DNA of 64,000 nucleotides from [Phormidium] sp. ETS-05 (GTDB lineage Bacteria; Cyanobacteriota; Cyanobacteriia; Cyanobacteriales; Laspinemataceae): NCBI RefSeq assembly GCF_016446395.1, contig NZ_CP051168.1, positions 3,685,579 to 3,749,578 of the forward strand, read 5' to 3'. Shown piece by piece: positions 59,372 to 64,000 of this stretch (position 1 is its first letter; each line of letters starts with the position of its first letter). The notes under the pieces were generated by a model. It saw only the letters and a program-made list of their open reading frames with translations, ran no database searches and was not told where the DNA came from. The position numbers and the translations under genes were made by a program.

Positions 59372-59929
59372 CTAGGTAGAGGGAATCTCACCGGGTGGTG
59401 GGGTAATGGGACTAGGGGTCTGTTCGTCCGGGGTCATCCCCCGCTGCGGTAAATCTTCCATCCTATCCGAGGCGTTAATACAGGCTGTCATTGCCTGAGA
59501 CGTGCCCAGGTCGATTTCCTGTTTCAACCCCACAACGCAGGTAGAAAACTGGTTTGGGATCAGACTGCGGCGGCAGTGGTCAAGAATATTCGGCCCATCG
59601 CTGGCATCGGAAAGATTGCCAATATCCACCACACAGGTAGCCATCGCCAGGGGGCGACGGACGCGACGACAGGCGGTCAGAGCGTCCATCGGGATGATGT
59701 CAGTTTCAGTGGAGATATCCAGTACACAACTGGCCAGTTCTTGCGGACGCCGCATCTCGCCGCAGCTGGTCGCCGCCATTAGTGGGGGGACATTAACCTG
59801 CATCAGAGTTTCGGCGCAGTTAGCGTAGTCGTTCTTTTTCTCCGCCTTGGCTGAGGAGTGAAAAGGTAAAAGGGAAAAGGCCAAGGGCAAAAGACAAAAA
59901 GCTAAATTTGGGAGTTTGAGTGCTTTCAT
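59372..59929 (-). CDS. secreted protein with four internal 2-Cys repeats, hypothetical
   Basis: Signal peptide MKALKLPNLAFCLLPLAFSLLPFHSSAKA. Repeats ATSCGEMRRPQELASCVLDI, LTACRRVRRPLAMATCVVDI, LDHCRRSLIPNQFSTCVVGL and MTACINAS. Pro-rich C-terminal tail. Confidence 0.5.
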   Translation of the reverse strand: MKALKLPNLAFCLLPLAFSLLPFHSSAKAEKKNDYANCAETLMQVNVPPLMAATSCGEMRRPQELASCVLDISTETDIIPMDALTACRRVRRPLAMATCVVDIGNLSDASDGPNILDHCRRSLIPNQFSTCVVGLKQEIDLGTSQAMTACINASDRMEDLPQRGMTPDEQTPSPITPPPGEIPST

Positions 59930-60178
59930 CGCTATGTACGTTTGATAACTCATGTTACGGTGCCTTAGAGCTTCCCTTGGGGCACAGGACGGGCAAGGTG
60001 GCAAATGGAGAACGATCTGTCACCTTTGGATGAATGACGCAGTGCGGCCACATTTTTCCCTAGCACCGAGAAACCTACTGCCTCTTGAGGCGAGATAGTT
60101 TTTCTGATGACCCATTGTCCGTTAAGGTTTATAATAGAGAGTCTGGCTGAAATTTTCTGGAAACGAAGAGGAAGCAAT

Positions 60179-60787
60179 ATGTCACGGTATCGAGGTCCAC
60201 GCCTAAGAATTGTCCGCCGTTTGGGTGACTTGCCCGGTTTGACTCGGAAAAATGCGAAACGGGCTTATCCTCCTGGTCAGCATGGGCAGACCCGGAAGAA
60301 GCGATCGGAATATGCCATCCGGTTGGAAGAAAAGCAGAAACTGCGTTTCAACTACGGTTTGAGCGAAAGGCAAATGCTGCGCTATGTGCTAAAAGCTCGG
60401 CGCACTACTGGTTCTACCGGTCAAATTCTCCTGGAATTGCTGGAGATGCGCCTGGATAACACGGTATTTCGGATGGGGATGGCGCCGACGATTCCTGGGG
60501 CTCGCCAGTTGGTCAACCACGGTCACATCACCGTTAACGGTCGTACTGTGAATGTCCCCAGCTACAATTGCCGTCCTGGAGATACGATCGCCGTTAGAGA
60601 CCGGGAAAAATCCCGCAAATTGGTGGAAGCCAACTTGCAGTCTCCCGGTTTGGCTCACCTACCGAGCCACTTGGAGTTTGACAAAGACAAATTCACGGGC
60701 AAGGTGAACGGCAAAATCGAGCGGGAATGGGTTGCCTTGCAAGTTAACGAACTCCTGGTGGTTGAGTATTACTCGCGGCAAGTCTGA
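60179..60787 (+). CDS. rpsD: 30S ribosomal protein S4
   Basis: [24 protein letters not shown]... and an S4 RNA-binding domain. GAGGAAG RBS upstream. Confidence 0.95.
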   Translation: MSRYRGPRLRIVRRLGDLPGLTRKNAKRAYPPGQHGQTRKKRSEYAIRLEEKQKLRFNYGLSERQMLRYVLKARRTTGSTGQILLELLEMRLDNTVFRMGMAPTIPGARQLVNHGHITVNGRTVNVPSYNCRPGDTIAVRDREKSRKLVEANLQSPGLAHLPSHLEFDKDKFTGKVNGKIEREWVALQVNELLVVEYYSRQV

Positions 60788-60789
60788 GG

Positions 60790-60950
60790 ATTGTCATTTG
60801 TCATTTGTCACTTGTCCCTTGTCCCTTGTCATTTGGAGAAGAAACCTTCTCAACGAGATGTCTCGTACCCGGACGGAGATTCTCCACAGAAGCCCGGACC
60901 CAATGGCGGAAGACAAAGGACAAAGGACAAAGGACTAAAGACTCTTGGAC
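60790..60950. repeat. STRR arrays flanking a family-A-variant MITE (gagaagaaaccttctcaacgagatgtctcgtacccggacggagattctccacagaagcccgg)
   Basis: ttgtcatttgtcatttgtcacttgtcccttgtcccttgtcatttgg ... ggacaaaggacaaaggactaaagac. Confidence 0.8.
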
Positions 60951-60956
60951 AAATTC

Positions 60957-61949
60957 TCAGCCACCAATTTGAGACATGGTACGGTTGTAGGAGCCGGAGA
61001 GAGTGCCGGAATCCCGCTGTTTATAGTTTACTTCTGGTTTAAGGGCGATTAACTGGCGGACTTGTTCTTGTAAAAAGGCAAAATCGGCGCCGGTGCGGAG
61101 GGCGGTTTTGAGGTCAAGTTGTCCGGTTTCATTGAGCAGACAGGGACGTAACCAGCCATCAGCACTCAGGCGCATCCGGTTGCAGCGATCGCAGAAGCAC
61201 TCGGACATCTGGGAGATAAACCCCAGAGTCCCCATTGCTCCGGGAATTTGGAATACGTCCGCCGGACCGCTACCTTTAACTGCGGATTCTACTAAACCCC
61301 ACCGCTCCCGAATCTGTCGCCGCAGTTCGGCGGAGGGCACCCAGCCGCTATTTTCAAATAGTTGATGGTTGCCGATCGGCATAAATTCAATAAACCGCAC
61401 GTGCCATTTGCGCTCAATGGTCAAACTGGCTAAGTCCAGCACTTCCGAGTCATTCACCCCTGGAATTACCACCACGTTCAATTTCAGGGGGTCAAAGCCT
61501 ACCCTATGCGCCGCTAAAATCCCCTCCCATACCTGCTGCCAGCGGCTGCGCCCCTTAGTGCCGATGAGCATATCATAGGTATCGGGGTTTAGGGAGTCGA
61601 GGCTAATGTTAACCCGCCGCAAGCCAGCATCATAGAGGTCTTGAGCCATGTCGGCTAGCAAAAAGCCGTTGGTACTCAAGGCGATATCCTCTACCAACGG
61701 CATAGCGGCGAGCGATCGGACTAACTCCACCACCCCCGGACGGATCAGCGGTTCCCCCCCCGTCAGCCGAAACCGCCGGAACCCCACCGGAATAAAGACT
61801 CTCCTCACCAAAGTCAGCAGTTCCTCATCTTCCAGCAAATTCTGCTGTAAGATGTAACTCAGCTCCGCATCTTCCGGCATACAGTACAGGCAGCGAAAGT
61901 TACAGCGGTCTATCAAGCTGATCCGCAGGTAATCGATTTTATTCACCAT
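60957..61949 (-). CDS. moaA: GTP 3',8-cyclase (molybdenum cofactor biosynthesis protein A, radical SAM)
   Basis: [18 protein letters not shown] (CxxxCxxC radical-SAM motif), and the C-terminal second cluster CxxC in ...[17 protein letters not shown]. Confidence 0.9.
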   Translation of the reverse strand: MVNKIDYLRISLIDRCNFRCLYCMPEDAELSYILQQNLLEDEELLTLVRRVFIPVGFRRFRLTGGEPLIRPGVVELVRSLAAMPLVEDIALSTNGFLLADMAQDLYDAGLRRVNISLDSLNPDTYDMLIGTKGRSRWQQVWEGILAAHRVGFDPLKLNVVVIPGVNDSEVLDLASLTIERKWHVRFIEFMPIGNHQLFENSGWVPSAELRRQIRERWGLVESAVKGSGPADVFQIPGAMGTLGFISQMSECFCDRCNRMRLSADGWLRPCLLNETGQLDLKTALRTGADFAFLQEQVRQLIALKPEVNYKQRDSGTLSGSYNRTMSQIGG

Positions 61950-62495
61950 TTACTTTTGATTTAAATCAAAATTAAAATAGATTCCAACACTATTATAAAT
62001 CAACATTCAATGGGAAAAAATGCTAATAATTTGTGAATTTTTTATTTCCAGCTAGTTGGCCAAACCTAGTTAATCTAGCTGTTTATTTATTTTGGCAAAT
62101 TTGTTATGATGGAAAATTGTGCCAAGAGGCGATCGAGTATCTCCCTATGCGCCAAATATGGATCTGGTGCAATTGGAAAATATTATATTATTTATAATCA
62201 TAATTTACTGATAATTTTATCTGAGTCCTTAGCCCTTAGTCCTTAGTCCCTTGACAAATCACAAATGACAAATGACAAATGACGATACGTCTCGTTTTTC
62301 CCTCCAGGGGGGAAACTTGGACCATCTGGGGTCGGAATTGCCGTAAAATCTCTTTAAGGCGCGGGCACTTCCTCAACCTAAAGACGGGGTGAGGGCTCTA
62401 CCCTATGGACATGAGAAACGCTATATATCATCTAAAATGCTTAATGAAATCTTGCCTTTTCAAGTATCGTTAGACCCCAGTGCCATTGCGGGCGC

Positions 62496-62816
62496 TTGTT
62501 TGTGGTCTTTGGCTTTGTATCTGGGTTTTTCCCCGTGAGTGAGTGGGTGACAGAGCAGCTAAATCGCTGGTTTAACTTTGCAGAGCGCTCTTTGTACACT
62601 TCTGCGGCTGAATTTGAAAGGACCCGCAAAGGCCGGGAATCCCAAAATGCTTTTTATGCTTCGGTGTTTAGCATTGTGCCTTTTTTAGCGATCGGCAGTT
62701 TGTGCAATTATGGTGTGGAATTAGGTTTGGGCAATAGCTGGTCCATCAGTGTGGGAATTATTGCCTGCATTAGCTGCGGGGTGTATGAGTTAGGACGCCG
62801 TGACGGTCAGTCTTAG
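62496..62816 (+). CDS. hypothetical small membrane protein (TTG start; weak)
   Basis: Two hydrophobic segments. An ATG at 62438 is in a different frame. No motif recognised. Confidence 0.25.
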   Translation: MFVVFGFVSGFFPVSEWVTEQLNRWFNFAERSLYTSAAEFERTRKGRESQNAFYASVFSIVPFLAIGSLCNYGVELGLGNSWSISVGIIACISCGVYELGRRDGQS

Positions 62817-62818
62817 GC

Positions 62819-63017
62819 TACTTTGGGCTGAAGCCCCTCCTTCTGTTCGTAGTTGGGCTGAAGCCCCTCCTTCTGTTCGTAGTTGGGCTGAAGCCCCTCC
62901 TTCTGTTCGTAGTTGGGCTTTAGGCCCTCCTTCTGTTCGTAGTTGGGCTTTAGGCCCTCCTTCTGTTCGTAGTTGGGCTGAAGCCCCTCCTTCTGTTCGT
63001 AGTTGGGCTTTAGCCCC
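62819..63017. repeat. 30-bp tandem repeat x~6.6 (AGTTGGGCTGAAGCCCCTCCTTCTGTTCGT, with a GGGCTTTAGGCCC variant)
   Basis: Each unit contains the small hairpin GGGCTgaAGCCC. All six reading frames give repeat-derived ORFs. There are no unique spacers. Confidence 0.9.
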
Positions 63018-63032
63018 AAGGAAAAAGGTTAA

Positions 63033-63656
63033 ATGACTGAATGGAAAGATGATTACCATTTGCTCGGGTTGGGGGGATTGACATCATTAATTACAAATGT
63101 TACCCTGTCTAATTGGGGAAATACAGTATTAATTCAATGTCTCTATAATGGGCTGGAAAAAGTGCCCTATGCCCTGGAGTTTAAGGATTGTCGGGATATT
63201 AGATGGACTGTCCATGATGATGAAGAAGTGGGGGAAGCTGAAGCAGACATTTTTGGCATTACCCTAGGTGAGGGTGGGCACCGTAAGCCCGCTGTGATTC
63301 ATACAGATATTTTTGAAATTTCAATTCTTTACGGTAGTTTTAGGATGCAAATGCCCCCATCTTACTCCTCTTTATCCCAAAAGGGGAGCCGTAGGGGCGA
63401 TTCGCGAATCGCCCCTACAAACGGAGTTGGGCGAGGACTAATTGGGCGATTTTGGCGGCGGCTCCGGGTTCGCCCCTTAGTTGCTGAAGGTTCCTTCGCA
63501 TCGCCTCCAACCGCTGTGGCTGCTCCAACAATTCTAGGGCTAATTGGGCCACTACTTCCGGCGATAGTTCTCCCACCAATTCGGGTACTATTTCCTGTTT
63601 TGCCCAAATATTTGGCCATGCAAATAACCGCTTTTGTCGCAATACTAACCAGTTAA
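63033..63656 (+). CDS. hypothetical ORF; its 3' half overlaps the lpxB 3' end and a palindromic repeat, so probably only the first ~110 codons are real, if any
   Basis: An ATG ORF right after the minisatellite. Overlaps the convergent lpxB. Confidence 0.2.
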   Translation: MTEWKDDYHLLGLGGLTSLITNVTLSNWGNTVLIQCLYNGLEKVPYALEFKDCRDIRWTVHDDEEVGEAEADIFGITLGEGGHRKPAVIHTDIFEISILYGSFRMQMPPSYSSLSQKGSRRGDSRIAPTNGVGRGLIGRFWRRLRVRPLVAEGSFASPPTAVAAPTILGLIGPLLPAIVLPPIRVLFPVLPKYLAMQITAFVAILTS

Positions 63657-64000
63657 TAGTTTTAGCAAAAACAGTCCCCACTAAGGGCAAATTCGCTAAT
63701 AACCCGGGGATGCCATCCCAAGCGCGCATGGCATCTAATTGTTGTGTGGGCAGTAATACTATCATGGGCACCGCTAGAGAACCCAATTCGGCGGTATTGG
63801 CGCCTACGGTGGTGAGGCAAAGGCGACATTGGGAGAGTAAACCATAGGCGGGGGTTTCTGTCCAAATTTGCACCCGCAGTCCTGACGAAATTTCTAGGAA
63901 ATACGAGTTATCCTGTTCTCTAATTAATTTGGCGCCAGTGCCTCCGAGTTTGGCAATGAGGGGGTTTTTACTCTCCGAGGCAAAATTGGCTAGGGTTTGC
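63415..64000 (-). CDS. lpxB: lipid-A-disaccharide synthase, C-terminal part (the gene continues beyond the right edge)
   Basis: The minus-strand frame is open to position 64000. ...TTVGANTAELGSLAVPMIVLLP... and ...EIVPELVGELSPEVVAQ... match the GT19 LpxB C-terminal region. Confidence 0.65.
   Translation of the reverse strand, partial: QTLANFASESKNPLIAKLGGTGAKLIREQDNSYFLEISSGLRVQIWTETPAYGLLSQCRLCLTTVGANTAELGSLAVPMIVLLPTQQLDAMRAWDGIPGLLANLPLVGTVFAKTINWLVLRQKRLFAWPNIWAKQEIVPELVGELSPEVVAQLALELLEQPQRLEAMRRNLQQLRGEPGAAAKIAQLVLAQLRL

Noticed and set aside
62819-63017. Considered a CRISPR array because of the regular 30-bp periodicity.
   Set aside because: The units are contiguous with no unique spacers, and no cas genes are nearby. 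It is a plain tandem minisatellite.
63033-63656. 207-aa ORF called as a confident gene.
   Set aside because: Its distal half overlaps the well-supported convergent lpxB and a palindromic repeat. Kept only at very low confidence.

Overview
This 64-kb window looks like chromosomal DNA from a filamentous cyanobacterium. HIP1 (GCGATCGC) motifs are frequent, and STRR-type heptamer tandem repeats (TTGGTCA, GACAAAT/ATTTGTC, GGACAAA, GATAATT, GGGGAGC) fill almost every intergenic gap. There are several dispersed palindromic MITE-like repeat families, and GC is about 50%. Most genes are housekeeping: glgB, ftsL-like plus ftsI, 5-formyl-THF cyclo-ligase, psaF-psaJ, tsaD, tsaC, prmC, ilvH, hemB, rpsF, rplU-rpmA, rpsD, glyA, cinA, aroQ, moaA, gmk, lpxB (partial) and tRNA-Pro. 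The more interesting content is as follows. (1) At the left edge sits a cluster of four prepilin-type (G|FTLIE) pseudopilin genes preceded by the 3' end of a large gene, resembling cyanobacterial hps / minor-pilin loci. (2) A GDP-fucose polysaccharide module (fcl, gmd, sugar phosphotransferase, GT4) in which gmd is interrupted by a 351-aa intein with LAGLIDADG motifs, inserted exactly at the conserved FNHE|SPRRGE active-site motif. (3) A metallothionein smtA, missed by the ORF track, lies next to the zinc repressor gene smtB, with a TGAACA-N2-TGTTCA operator upstream. (4) A secreted CAP-domain RTX protein is followed by an RTX/Calx-beta gene broken by a 1-nt deletion in a T7 run. (5) A yyaL-like thioredoxin-domain gene is split by a frameshift. 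(6) A tandem DUF370 (RemA-like) fusion sits upstream of gmk. (7) A histidine-kinase-like protein has a degenerate ATPase domain and an internal 72-bp tandem duplication. (8) A secreted protein carries four internal 2-Cys repeats. (9) A candidate small RNA on the minus strand ends in a textbook terminator. (10) A 30-bp x7 tandem minisatellite. Gene starts from the ORF track are often GTG/TTG; I re-picked starts where an ATG plus RBS was evident.
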